From: Armatimonadota bacterium
GTDB taxonomy: Bacteria > Armatimonadota > SYMT01
Assembly (NCBI GenBank): GCA_041690135.1
Contig: JAWLHY010000019.1
Span: 32,001 to 96,000, forward strand
Direction of reading: 5' to 3'
DNA: 64,000 bases
Below are positions 50,800 through 60,183 of the stretch, in pieces; position 1 is the first letter of the stretch, and each line of letters opens with the position of its first letter. The notes beneath the pieces are model-generated. The model had not been told where the DNA came from and made no database searches. It saw only the letters and a list, made by a program, of their open reading frames with translations. The position numbers and the translations under genes are program-made.

Positions 50800-52485
50800 C
50801 TACTTCTGCTCCGCCCAGGCGCGCCGGTAATCTTCGAAGGTATCGATCTCGGCCCAGCCCTTGTAGATGTCGACGGCTTGCACGGCATGGCCGCGGTCGA
50901 TCAGTTCCTGGAGCATATCCGTCAGCTTGGCGGCCCGCAGCCGGGGCGCTTCCTGGAAGGGAGCTTCCGGATCTCCGGCGCAAGCTTCGGCATAGGCTTC
51001 CCGCAGTGCGGCACAGCCCTCCGGCGAGAGCATCATCATGCCGATGAACTCCCCGTCGCATTGCTCGCGCGGCAGGTCGTGGCCGATGCGAAGTACACGG
51101 TTCCCCTCCTCGCTGGGCAGATAACGATAGCCCACACTGGGAGGCCGCTCCGTTGCCACCAGGTCTTCGTACGGCCGCTGCCGGCCGTTGCCACTCGCCC
51201 GGTGCTCCATCCAGGCGCGGTCCACCACCACGTTGACATCACCTTCCGCCTTCAGGAGCTTTTCCAGGATGCCCTGGTCGAAGAGCACGTCCGAGTAAAG
51301 GACGACCACCCGGCCCTTGAGCTCCGGCTCGGCACGGAAGAGGGAATAGAGCTCGCTGGTCTGCTCGTACTCGTCGTTGTCGTAGTAGCGGGGCGTCGTT
51401 AGGGTGAAGGCTTCCTTCTTGTAGCCGCGCACCACCACGACGTCCTTGATGTTGCAGGCGTTGAGAAGATCGATCTGGCGCTCCAGGATCGACTTACCCT
51501 TGATGTCGAGCATCGCCTTGGGGCGCTCTTCGATCAGCGGGAGTAGTTCGGGCTCGAAACCGGCTGCCACGATCACGGCCGTCACCTTGCCGCCGTCCGC
51601 GGGCAAGAACTGCTTCTCCTGGTGGTTCATCTCCTCCACGCCGACCAGCCGGTAGACTTCCTCCAGTGGTACCAGCGAGGGCTCCACGTCCGCGATCCGG
51701 CGGGTGCGGTGGAGCTCGCCGAGGGTTTGCTGCATCGCTTTGATCGCGGCGCGCAGGCCGTGGTTGGCGAAGATCACGATCTTGAAGCCGGCCGCGTGGC
51801 AATCATCCGCGCTGGCTGTGGGGAAGATCGTCGGCACCACCACCAGCGGCGTGTCCCGGTTCCACTGCTGGGCCGCGTGGGCCAACTCGTCGAGGGTCTT
51901 CGACTTGGAATGGATCAGGACGGCATCCGCGCCGGCATCCGCGTACGCGTGGGCGCGCTTGAGTGCCTCTGCTTCCCCCCACCCCGCAATCAGCGCCTCG
52001 GTGCGGGCGATGATAAACGTATCGGGGTCACGCTGGGCGGCCTTGGCGGCGCGGATCTTGCCCGCGTGTTCCTCCGGAGAAACCAGTTCCCGCCGGGAGC
52101 CCGAGTAGAAGCTGCAGCGCTTGGGGAAGATGTTGTCCTCTAGACAGATCCCCGCGATCCCGGCATCTTCGTATTCCCGGATGGTGCGGACTACGTTCAC
52201 CGCGTTTCCGAACCCGCTGTCGCAGTCCGCGATGACCGGGATGTCGATCGCGTGTGCGATCCCTCGGGCTACTTCCAGGTTTTCGGAGAAGGTGAGGATG
52301 TTGGCGTCGGGAACGCCCTGGGATGCGGAGATTTCAAACCCGCTGGCCCAGACGGCATCGAAACCCGCCTCTTCCACGAGACGCGCACTGAGGGGATTGT
52401 GGGCGCCCGCCACGAGGAGCGGCCCGGACCTTCCCAGGGCCAGTCGCAGCTTGCGTGCGGGTGAATCAGTGGATCGACCAGTCAT
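50800..52485 (-). CDS. pepM: Phosphoenolpyruvate mutase fused to a C-terminal nucleotidyltransferase
   Basis: GAHNPLSA, WASGF, ADCDSGFGNAVNV, EDNIFPKRCSF, ARTEALIAG, ADAVLIHSK, IFANH; C-domain RPKAMLDI, YSDVLF, GEFIGM, WAEIDT. Confidence 0.85.
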   Translation of the reverse strand: MTGRSTDSPARKLRLALGRSGPLLVAGAHNPLSARLVEEAGFDAVWASGFEISASQGVPDANILTFSENLEVARGIAHAIDIPVIADCDSGFGNAVNVVRTIREYEDAGIAGICLEDNIFPKRCSFYSGSRRELVSPEEHAGKIRAAKAAQRDPDTFIIARTEALIAGWGEAEALKRAHAYADAGADAVLIHSKSKTLDELAHAAQQWNRDTPLVVVPTIFPTASADDCHAAGFKIVIFANHGLRAAIKAMQQTLGELHRTRRIADVEPSLVPLEEVYRLVGVEEMNHQEKQFLPADGGKVTAVIVAAGFEPELLPLIEERPKAMLDIKGKSILERQIDLLNACNIKDVVVVRGYKKEAFTLTTPRYYDNDEYEQTSELYSLFRAEPELKGRVVVLYSDVLFDQGILEKLLKAEGDVNVVVDRAWMEHRASGNGRQRPYEDLVATERPPSVGYRYLPSEEGNRVLRIGHDLPREQCDGEFIGMMMLSPEGCAALREAYAEACAGDPEAPFQEAPRLRAAKLTDMLQELIDRGHAVQAVDIYKGWAEIDTFEDYRRAWAEQK

Positions 52486-52644
52486 ATCGTCTATTCAAAC
52501 CTCTTAAGCCCCGGGGCGGGCGGAAATCTTACGCAGTGCTTAACCAGCCCCTAAAATTCGCTGGCAGGGCGCTTGTTCCCTTGCGTCCGGCGAGATTCCA
52601 TCTGGAGGATGAGAAACCGCCATCTCTTTGCAAGGAGTCGAGGG

Positions 52645-52672
52645 CCGTCCCTACCTCTAGAGGTAGGGACGG
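52645..52672. terminator. Perfect 28-bp palindrome just downstream of the propeller-thioredoxin gene
   Basis: CCGTCCCTACCTCTAGAGGTAGGGACGG. Confidence 0.6.
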
Positions 52673-52680
52673 AAGTGGCT

Positions 52681-54159
52681 CTAGCCTCCCCCAAAGGGGA
52701 GAAGGAGCTTGGTGAGGGTGGCGCGGACCTCGTCGGGGGTGGTGGTGCCGACGGCCTGCACGATGCCCTTCTTATTCACGACTACATTGACGGGGACGCC
52801 GTTCAAGCCGAGTTGGTTGATATATTCCGCCTTGCTGTCGAGCAAAACGGGGCCCTCGATGTTATGGATCTTGCAGAAGTGGAGGGCCTCGTCACGGGCG
52901 TTGACGTGTTCCCACACATTCACCATCACGATTTCGAGCCCGTAGTTCTTCGCGCGCCGGCGGACTTCTTCGAGTAGCGGAGCCTCCGCATTACATGGCC
53001 CTCACCAACTGGCGAAGAAGTTAAGGATATAGTTCTTCCCACGCCACTCGCCAGAGGTTCGCTCCCGGCCATCCACCATATCCGGCAGGGCGAAGTCCGG
53101 CAGCGGTTTGCCCACCAGGGGGTGCCGCTCGTCCTTGGGCAGAGTGCGAGGCTTTCCCGTGAGCCGGTCCTGGAAGATACTCACGGTACTGGTCGCCGCA
53201 TCCGAGACATAGACCGTGTTGGTGGTCGGATCGACCGCGAGATCTCCGGGCGCTTGCCCGACCCGCACGCGTCCCCACTCCCGACCGGACTCCCGATCGA
53301 TCACGCTAACGCGGCCGGTTCCGCGATTGGCGGCGTAGATGCGATCTCCGGACCCGCTGAGTGCCATCCCTACGGGGGCACGCTCGACGGGAACTGTGCG
53401 GACGACCTTCCGCTTCTCCAGATCGATTACCGAGACGGTGCTGACTAGCGAGTTGGCGACGTATGCCAGCCCGCGCTCGGAGTCGATGGCGATCTTGCAG
53501 GGGGCGTAATCCACGGCGATCTTATCGATGGCCTGGTTCGACTCACCGTCGATCACCGTTACGGAGGCATCGCCGAAGTTGACACAGTAAACGCGGTCGC
53601 GCTTCGGGTCGGCGGCGATACTGCCTGCGGCGAGCGCGGCGGGCACGGTCGCGATGACCTCCAGCGAGTCGATGTCGATCACGCTGACCGTGCCGTCGGC
53701 GGTGTTGCCGACGTACAGCTTCCGGCGCTCCTCATAGATTCCGGCTCCGGCAGGGTAATGCTGAACGGGTATCTGCCGGATGACTTCCAGGCGTTCCGTA
53801 TCCACGGCTGAAACCATGTCGGAACGAGCGTCCGTAGTGAAGGCGCGGCGGGTTCGTGGGTCATAGGCCAGCCCGATCGGCTCGCGGGCTACCGGTATCT
53901 CGCGAATGACTTCGCGGGTATCCAGATGGAAGACGACGAGGCTGTTGCTGCGAGCGCAGGCGACAAACCCGTGGCGTCGTTCGGGGTCGAGTGCCAGGCC
54001 CTCCGGGCCCAGGCCAACGGGCACAGACCCGAGCGAGGGAAACGTTTCGTCCAATGATCTCTCCGGTTCGAGGGAATAGATCCGGCCAGGGAGCGCGTGA
54101 CGTAGGGCCAACGAACGAGGGTCTGCCCGCACGCCGACACGGCTCTCCTTATGTAACAT
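52681..54159 (-). CDS. YVTN beta-propeller fused to a TlpA/ResA-like thioredoxin domain with UxxC (probable selenoprotein; UGA at 53002-53004)
   Basis: Repeated (L/V)Y(V/A)xN...TVSVID blades; the frame continues through TGA as NFFASW-U-GPCNAEAPLL...GVPVNVVVNKKG. Confidence 0.85.
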
Positions 54160-54234
54160 ATCGGGACGGGGGGCTGTCCGGCGTAGTTGTGGCGAGGTAA
54201 TCAGGCGAGATTCGTGTTCACGGTATCCCTTGTC

Positions 54235-54516
54235 TCAATAGCGAATCCGGAAACCATCGGGTTCGGACCGGGGCTCCTGCCAGTCGGTGCGGACATCGTC
54301 GACGCGGGCGGCGGAGGGCCCTTGGGCGAGGCGCTGAAGGTATTCCTGGAGGCGTTCCTCTCGCCCCTCGGCGACTACCTCCACCGTTCCGTCGGGCAGG
54401 TTGCGAGCGTAACCGCGCAGGCCAAAGCGGCGGCCTTCTCGCTGGGCGAACATACGATAACCGACGCCCTGGACCACTCCGTGCACGATGGCGTGAAAGC
54501 GGCGGTCAGAATTCAC
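54235..54516 (-). CDS. acyP: Acylphosphatase
   Basis: HGVVQGVGYR, GYARNLPDGTVEV, GPSAARV, FRIRY. Confidence 0.93.
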   Translation of the reverse strand: MNSDRRFHAIVHGVVQGVGYRMFAQREGRRFGLRGYARNLPDGTVEVVAEGREERLQEYLQRLAQGPSAARVDDVRTDWQEPRSEPDGFRIRY

Positions 54517-54664
54517 GGCGTTCCTCCGGGTGGCACTTAATTCTGTTCACGGATCTGGGGGCACCTCTCGTCTTATAGCTTAGCGGTTGATCGCCCACGT
54601 GGTCAGCCGAGAGACATTGCAGAATTGCGCTGAGCAACGACGCACAATCTTCTGGGTTCCCGGT

Positions 54665-54690
54665 GTAACCTTTTGACGACGCGTGTCGTC
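54665..54690 (+). promoter_or_regulatory. Putative autoregulatory ECF promoter GTAACC-N16-CGTC
   Basis: GTAACC TTTTGACGACGCGTGT CGTC, about 55 nt upstream of the sigma gene. Confidence 0.6.
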
Positions 54691-54746
54691 ATACAGCGAA
54701 AGGGGCTCGACAAGGAGCCTGGTACTGTGTTGAGCGAGGAACCTGG

Positions 54747-55319
54747 ATGACGACTGCCACCACCCGCCCGGTAAGCCGCCCCGCGGCCGCCACGATGTCT
54801 CTCCCCGGCTTTGTGCCGGCATTCACCGGTGAGATGGCCACGACGCTGGATGGTTTTCGGCCCGGTCTTCAGGCGTTCATCCGGCGCAAGGGTTTTACGG
54901 CGGAGGAGGCGGAGGACCTCACGCAGGAGACTTTGCTTCGGGCCTACCAGCATCGGGAACACTTCCGGGGCACCTTTCTCCGAGCCTGGTTATTCCGCAT
55001 CGCCTCGAACGTAGCGGTGGACTATGTCCGCCGCCAGCGCCTGCAGACGGTCCCTCTGGAGGACGTGGAAGGGGTACTTCCCTGCTCCGAAGACCCGGCC
55101 GAGTACTGGGAAAGAACGGAGTTGGAGAGGGGCCTGATCGCCCTGGTCGGTAGTCTGCCGGAGGCCCAGCAGCGGATTATCCGGCTGCGGTACCTGGAAG
55201 GGTATTCCCTGGCGGAGATCGCGGAGCGGGTGCAATGCACCCCCCTTGCAGCGCGGCTGCGGGTGTTCCGAGCGGTCGAAACCCTGCGGAAAAGAGCGGC
55301 GGCGCGGGGGGAGGTGTGA
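54747..55319 (+). CDS. ECF-type RNA polymerase sigma factor
   Basis: EAEDLTQETLLRAY, AWLFRIASNVAVD, LPEAQQRII, GYSLAEIAE. Confidence 0.92.
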   Translation: MTTATTRPVSRPAAATMSLPGFVPAFTGEMATTLDGFRPGLQAFIRRKGFTAEEAEDLTQETLLRAYQHREHFRGTFLRAWLFRIASNVAVDYVRRQRLQTVPLEDVEGVLPCSEDPAEYWERTELERGLIALVGSLPEAQQRIIRLRYLEGYSLAEIAERVQCTPLAARLRVFRAVETLRKRAAARGEV

Positions 55320-55322
55320 GGG

Positions 55323-55556
55323 TCAGGCGTCATCGCGGTATTCGGCGCAGCGTTCCCAGGGCTCATGAAGCGAGTTGCGACCGTGGTGCTCGGCCTGGCG
55401 TTCGATGTAATCGCAGACGGCTTCCACGTGTTCCGGGCTGAAGGAGAAGGCGCCGTAGGAACCCTGCCATTTGGAGCCGGTTTCGCGGGCCACTTCCTGG
55501 GCAATCAGGTGGGCCGAAGCGCCTTTCATCTCTTTCGCCAGCCATGCCACGGCCAC
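55323..55556 (-). pseudogene. IS200/REP-associated Y1 (TnpA) transposase C-terminal fragment
   Basis: KEMKGASAH, KWQGSYGAFS, YIERQAEHH; the N-terminal HUH half is missing; REP-like AGCCCCGGTGGG...GTAGACACGGG at 55607-55645. Confidence 0.78.
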
Positions 55557-55666
55557 CGCCGGCAGATTTCATCTTCTCTTCATCCCAGGTGTTTACCATT
55601 CAGTCAGAGCCCCGGTGGGCCGGTGGTGTGGTAGACACGGGCCCTGAGGAATGAGGAGAAGAGAAG

Positions 55667-56689
55667 ATGCAGCGACGCGGTTTCATCACGCTGGCGCTGG
55701 GTGGTCTGTTGGCACCCTTCGCACCGGCGGACTCAGCGGAAAAGACGACCCATGGGAATTCGCAAGGGTCCGGGAAGATCGCCTGGTATGGAGCCTGGAA
55801 GGAGGGCCTGGCCGAGGCGAAACGCACGGGGCGTCCGATCCTGCTCATCGCCGCGGCGCCGCATTGCCACAACGTCTCCGGCCTGTGGTGACCGGGCAAG
55901 CAACAGATGGACAGGAGTTTCCTGTCCCAGCCCGAGGTCGTGGCCGCCTCCCGCAGCTTTGTCTGCATCCGCCTGGCTACCTACGAGAATGAGGAAGAAG
56001 CAAAGCTCCTGAAATCGATCTTCATCGGGCGATCCGGCGAGTTGGAGAACACCACGTTCGCCATTTTGGATCCAGAAGGAAAGCGGCCATTGGTGGCGCC
56101 CGGCCGAAGCCCGGATCGGGCGTTCCGTGGCGCGACGGACGCGCCCGCGCGGGAAATGGCGGCAACCATGCGTGAGATTTCCGCCTACTACCGGAAGCAC
56201 GGTAAGACCCACGACAGCGACTTGACACTGCCGTCCAACGGAGCCCCGCGACTGGCACTCAACGTGGCAGCGTGCGACAACGTTCCACTGGTCGTGCTCC
56301 ATGCAGCGTCCGACACGGAGCGAACTCGATTGGAGAAGCGGCTCGCGCCACTGGCGTGGAGCACCGAACTGGCGGGGCGAGCCGTTTACACGGTCCTGGC
56401 GGGAGCCAATGAATTGAAACTGGATCGTGCTCCCGGCGTTAAGCCTGGGCTGACGGTGGTTGCTCCGGATACTTACGGCCAGTCGGGGAAAGTGCTCGCC
56501 GAGATTTCGGCTACCGCCAGTGACAAGGAGTTGAAGGCGGCCCTGCTGGCAGCCCTCGCCCGGTTTACGCCGGCGGAGAAGGACTCCCGCTTCCATATCG
56601 GCGAGGGTCGGCAGCGAGGCGTTTATTGGAAGACACTGCTGCCGGTAACGGATCCAGGCCCGCCGCGCGGCCAGCGACCGCGCCGCTGA
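55667..56689 (+). CDS. Tat-signal thioredoxin-like protein read through an in-frame UGA (55889-55891); probable selenoprotein
   Basis: MQRRGFITLAL; IAWYGAWKEGLAEAKRTGRPILL...HCHNVSGLW-U-PGKQQMDRSFLSQPEVVAASRSFVCIRL, in frame across the stop; hairpin at 55909-55927. Confidence 0.75.
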
Positions 56690-56821
56690 TCGCTCTCGAA
56701 ACGGGCACATACGGCGGCAGCGCATAGCGAAAACGCGTCAGGAGGGGCTGGCTGGAGTGCATCCGGCCTGCCCTTCGTGTCTTCAGGACGCTCACAGAAC
56801 ACACCAAGCGGCTTGCAGCCG

Positions 56822-56863
56822 TTGAGGATCCGGCGCCGCTTTTTGAGGATCCGGCGCCGCTTT
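56822..56863. repeat. Perfect 21-bp tandem duplication
   Basis: TTGAGGATCCGGCGCCGCTTT x2. Confidence 0.85.
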
Positions 56864-56940
56864 GCCCCAAATCCACAGCACCGGCCTCGCAGGCTGTTCG
56901 GTTCCAATGGCGGGGTGAACAATTAGAGTTTTGAAAACAC

Positions 56941-56966
56941 GTAACCCCCGGAAGTTCGTTTGCGTT
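56941..56966 (+). promoter_or_regulatory. Putative ECF promoter GTAACC-N16-CGTT upstream of the gsp operon
   Basis: GTAACC CCCGGAAGTTCGTTTG CGTT; same boxes and spacing as 54665-54690. Confidence 0.55.
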
Positions 56967-57220
56967 TAGCCTGTGATGAACCAAGAAAGCAACCCCAAAA
57001 CTCGCCGCGAGTTTTGAGGGACGCGAATGCCGTGAGGAGGGTCCCCTCCTCATATGAAGCCTCGCTCGTCGATCCTCTGAAGCCCGCTGCCTCCCACCGA
57101 TCGCCATGAGGTGAAAGGCGACTTGCGGCTTCGTCTGTCTCGCGTTTTCAGCTTTTTCTTTCGCAGCCCCGCATTCGCACTTCGCCCGCGAGTAATCCCG
57201 GCGCCTGAGCCAACCTGCAA

Positions 57221-58912
57221 ATGAGCTCCACATCCGTCCCCTTCTCCCTTCGCAGTGCCCTCGTGTCCTCGGGTCTCGTTGCGGACGAGGCGCTGCAGGC
57301 CGCCGTGGCCGAGCAGCAGTCGACCGGCAAGCGCCTGGTCGAGATCCTCCTTAGCCGTCGGTTGGTGGCCGAACCGGCGCTGGTGCGAGCTCTCAGTGAG
57401 ATGCTGGGGTTGGAGGTCGTTTCGCTCGCGCAGAGCGACGTGAAGCCGGAGGTGCTCGCCCGGATTCCGAGCGAGCTCGCGCTCACACGGCAAGTGCTCC
57501 CGCTGGCGGCTACGGAAAAGTGCCTGACGGTGGCGGTGGCGGACCCGCTGGACCTTGCCACCCAGGACGACCTGCAGATGCTGACGGGTCTGGCGATCCG
57601 GCCGGTGCTCGCTCCCCCATCGGAGATCCGCCGAGCCACTGAGCGATTCTATCTGGCGCGGATGCTCCAGGACAGTGAATCGCAGGAAGCTCGGGACGGA
57701 GCCGGCGAGGAAGCTCTCGACGTCGCCGACCTCCAGAAGATGGCACAGGAAGAGCTGATTATCCAGCTCGTGAACCTCATCCTGAACCAGGCCATCCAGG
57801 ACCGGGCCAGCGACATCCACGTGGAGCCGTTTGAACGGGAGTTACGAGTCCGGTACCGCATCGACGGGATTCTGCACGACGCGCAGACTCCGCCGAAACG
57901 CCTGCATCCCGCGATTGTTTCGCGCATCAAGATCCTGAGCGACATGAACATCGCGGAGCGCCGGCTGCCGCAGGACGGCCGGATGCGGCTGCAGTCGGCG
58001 GGACGGCAGATCGACGTCCGTGTCTCCACCATTCCCTCTCTCTATGGTGAGAGCGTTGTGATGCGTATCCTGGACCGCTCCTCGGCGATGCTGACCCTGG
58101 AAGACCTGGGGATGCGATCCGATGCCCTGACCCGGTTCCGCCACCTGATCGGCAGCCCGAACGGGATCATCCTGGTTACCGGACCTACCGGCAGCGGCAA
58201 AACGACCAGCCTGTACGCCGCGCTCCAGGAGATCTACTCGCCCGAACGCAAGATCATCACGGTTGAAGATCCGGTCGAATACCAGCTCAACGGCGTGACG
58301 CAGATGCAGGTACACCCCCAGATCGGGCTCACGTTTGCCAACGGGCTGCGGCACATCGTCCGGCAAGATCCGGACGTGATCATGGTCGGTGAGATCCGCG
58401 ACGGAGAGACGGCGGACATCGCCATTCATGCCGCTCTTACGGGACACCTGGTCCTCTCCACGCTGCACACGAACGATGCGGCGGGTGCGGTGGGACGCCT
58501 GCTCGATATGGGCGCCGAGCCGTTCCTGGTGGCCTCTTCTCTCGTCGGCAGCATCGCCCAGCGGCTGGTCCGCGTGATTTGCCCGCGCTGCCGGGTTTCC
58601 GTCCCCGCCGGGCACGAAATGTGGGCGCAGGCCGCCATTCTGGGCCCGGAACTGGCCACCGGACCCCTCTACTACGGCACCGGCTGCGAGGACTGCCGGC
58701 AGTTCGGCTACCGGGGGCGTTCCGCAATTTTCGAGTTTCTTCCGGTGGATGAGGCGGTGCAGCAGTTGATCATGCAGCGCAGTTCGGCCTCGGAGATTCG
58801 CAATTACGCGGTGACCCAGGGGATGACGACGCTGCTCGCGGACGCGAAACGGAAGGTGTTGGACGGGACGACGACGGTGAGTGAGCTGCTCCGCGTATGT
58901 CAGCGGTCCTGA
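57221..58912 (+). CDS. gspE: Type II secretion / type IV pilus assembly ATPase
   Basis: ASDIHVEP, RYRIDG, AERRLPQDGR, GPTGSGKTT, RQDPDVIMVGEIRD, GHLVLSTLH, CPRC/CEDC. Confidence 0.93.
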   Translation: MSSTSVPFSLRSALVSSGLVADEALQAAVAEQQSTGKRLVEILLSRRLVAEPALVRALSEMLGLEVVSLAQSDVKPEVLARIPSELALTRQVLPLAATEKCLTVAVADPLDLATQDDLQMLTGLAIRPVLAPPSEIRRATERFYLARMLQDSESQEARDGAGEEALDVADLQKMAQEELIIQLVNLILNQAIQDRASDIHVEPFERELRVRYRIDGILHDAQTPPKRLHPAIVSRIKILSDMNIAERRLPQDGRMRLQSAGRQIDVRVSTIPSLYGESVVMRILDRSSAMLTLEDLGMRSDALTRFRHLIGSPNGIILVTGPTGSGKTTSLYAALQEIYSPERKIITVEDPVEYQLNGVTQMQVHPQIGLTFANGLRHIVRQDPDVIMVGEIRDGETADIAIHAALTGHLVLSTLHTNDAAGAVGRLLDMGAEPFLVASSLVGSIAQRLVRVICPRCRVSVPAGHEMWAQAAILGPELATGPLYYGTGCEDCRQFGYRGRSAIFEFLPVDEAVQQLIMQRSSASEIRNYAVTQGMTTLLADAKRKVLDGTTTVSELLRVCQRS

Positions 58913-58922
58913 AGAAGCGGGA

Positions 58923-60173
58923 ATGACTGAGTTTACCTATCAGGCGTTGGATCGGGGTGGAGCCACGGTTTCAGGCGTGCTCAAAGCGGAGACACGCGAC
59001 GCGGCGGCCGATCGGATCCGACAGTTGGACCTCTTCCCGATGGTTGTGGAGGTGGTCGGAGCGCGGAAGTCGGCGGCTTCGTCCGGAGTTGGCGGCCTTC
59101 CCGCCGCTCGCTCGTCCGGGTTGAGCGGCTGGCGCGGCCGGGTCGGGCGGATGGAAGTTGTGGTGTTTACCCGGCAGCTGGCAGACCTTGTGTCCGCGGG
59201 TCTGCCGTTGGACCGAGCTCTTACCGTTTTGATCCGCCAGACAGGCTCCGCCGGGCTGAAAGCACGCCTGCTCCAGATTCAGGAGGATGTCCGGGCGGGA
59301 CAGTCCCTCTCCGAAGCGCTCGCCCGCTTCCCACGTGAGTTCCCGCGTCTCTACGTGAATATGGTGCACGCCGGCGAAGTCACCGGGCAACTCGGCGAAG
59401 TACTGGAACGGTTGGCGGGTTACCTCGAGCGAGAGATCACCCGGCGTTCCCAGCTTGTTTCGGCGATGACCTACCCGGCAGTCCTCACCGTGGTCGCGGT
59501 TTCCGCCGTCGTGTTCCTACTCACCTTTGTGGTGCCGCGGCTATCGACGGTCTTCGACGAGATGGACCGCGCCCTCCCGCTGCCCACCCAGATATTGCTC
59601 GCCGTCACGGGGTTCATCACCCAGTATTGGTGGGGCCTCCTGCTGGCCCTGGTTGGGGGCGGCCTGCTTCTACGCCAACTCCTTTCTACGGCTTCAGGAC
59701 GAGCCGCCTGGGATGCCGGGCTGTTCCGTGTTCCCGTGGTAGGGAAGCTGCAGCAGCGGATCGTTTCGGCGCGGTTCGTTCGTTCCCTGGGTACGATGCT
59801 CTCCGGCGGTGTACCCATCCTTGACTCGCTGGAGATCGCACGCGATGCCGTAGGGAACGTAGCCGCCGGCCGCGCCGCGGACGAGGTCAAAGAGGCGATC
59901 CGCCAGGGAGAAAGCCTGGCCGGAGCCATGGAATCCAGCCCCTTCTTTCTGCCGGTAGTAGTGCACATGGCTGCGGTTGGCGAGGAAACCGGGCGGCTTC
60001 CCCAGATGCTGGTGCGGACGGCGGACAGTCTGGATTTCGAGATCGACAGCACCATGCGCCGCACGATAACGCTGATTGAGCCGGCGATTGTCCTCAGCAT
60101 GGGCCTTTTGGTCGGGTTCATTGTGCTGTCGATCTTGCTGCCGATCTTCGAAGCGAACATGGCGGTGAAATAA
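58923..60173 (+). CDS. gspF: Type II secretion inner-membrane platform protein
   Basis: FTRQLADLVSAGLPL, MVHAGEVTGQL, AMTYP, VGEETGRL, LIEP; ATG at 58923. Confidence 0.93.
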   Translation: MTEFTYQALDRGGATVSGVLKAETRDAAADRIRQLDLFPMVVEVVGARKSAASSGVGGLPAARSSGLSGWRGRVGRMEVVVFTRQLADLVSAGLPLDRALTVLIRQTGSAGLKARLLQIQEDVRAGQSLSEALARFPREFPRLYVNMVHAGEVTGQLGEVLERLAGYLEREITRRSQLVSAMTYPAVLTVVAVSAVVFLLTFVVPRLSTVFDEMDRALPLPTQILLAVTGFITQYWWGLLLALVGGGLLLRQLLSTASGRAAWDAGLFRVPVVGKLQQRIVSARFVRSLGTMLSGGVPILDSLEIARDAVGNVAAGRAADEVKEAIRQGESLAGAMESSPFFLPVVVHMAAVGEETGRLPQMLVRTADSLDFEIDSTMRRTITLIEPAIVLSMGLLVGFIVLSILLPIFEANMAVK

Positions 60174-60183
60174 GGAGCGACCT

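Noticed and set aside
52681-56689. Genome-wide UGA reassignment (Trp or Gly)
   Set aside because: Many conserved genes here end properly at TGA (glnD, hemE, purC), so read-through must be site-specific.
56822-56863. Possible CRISPR repeat
   Set aside because: Two adjacent 21-bp copies with no spacer and no cas genes; no array was seen anywhere in the window.
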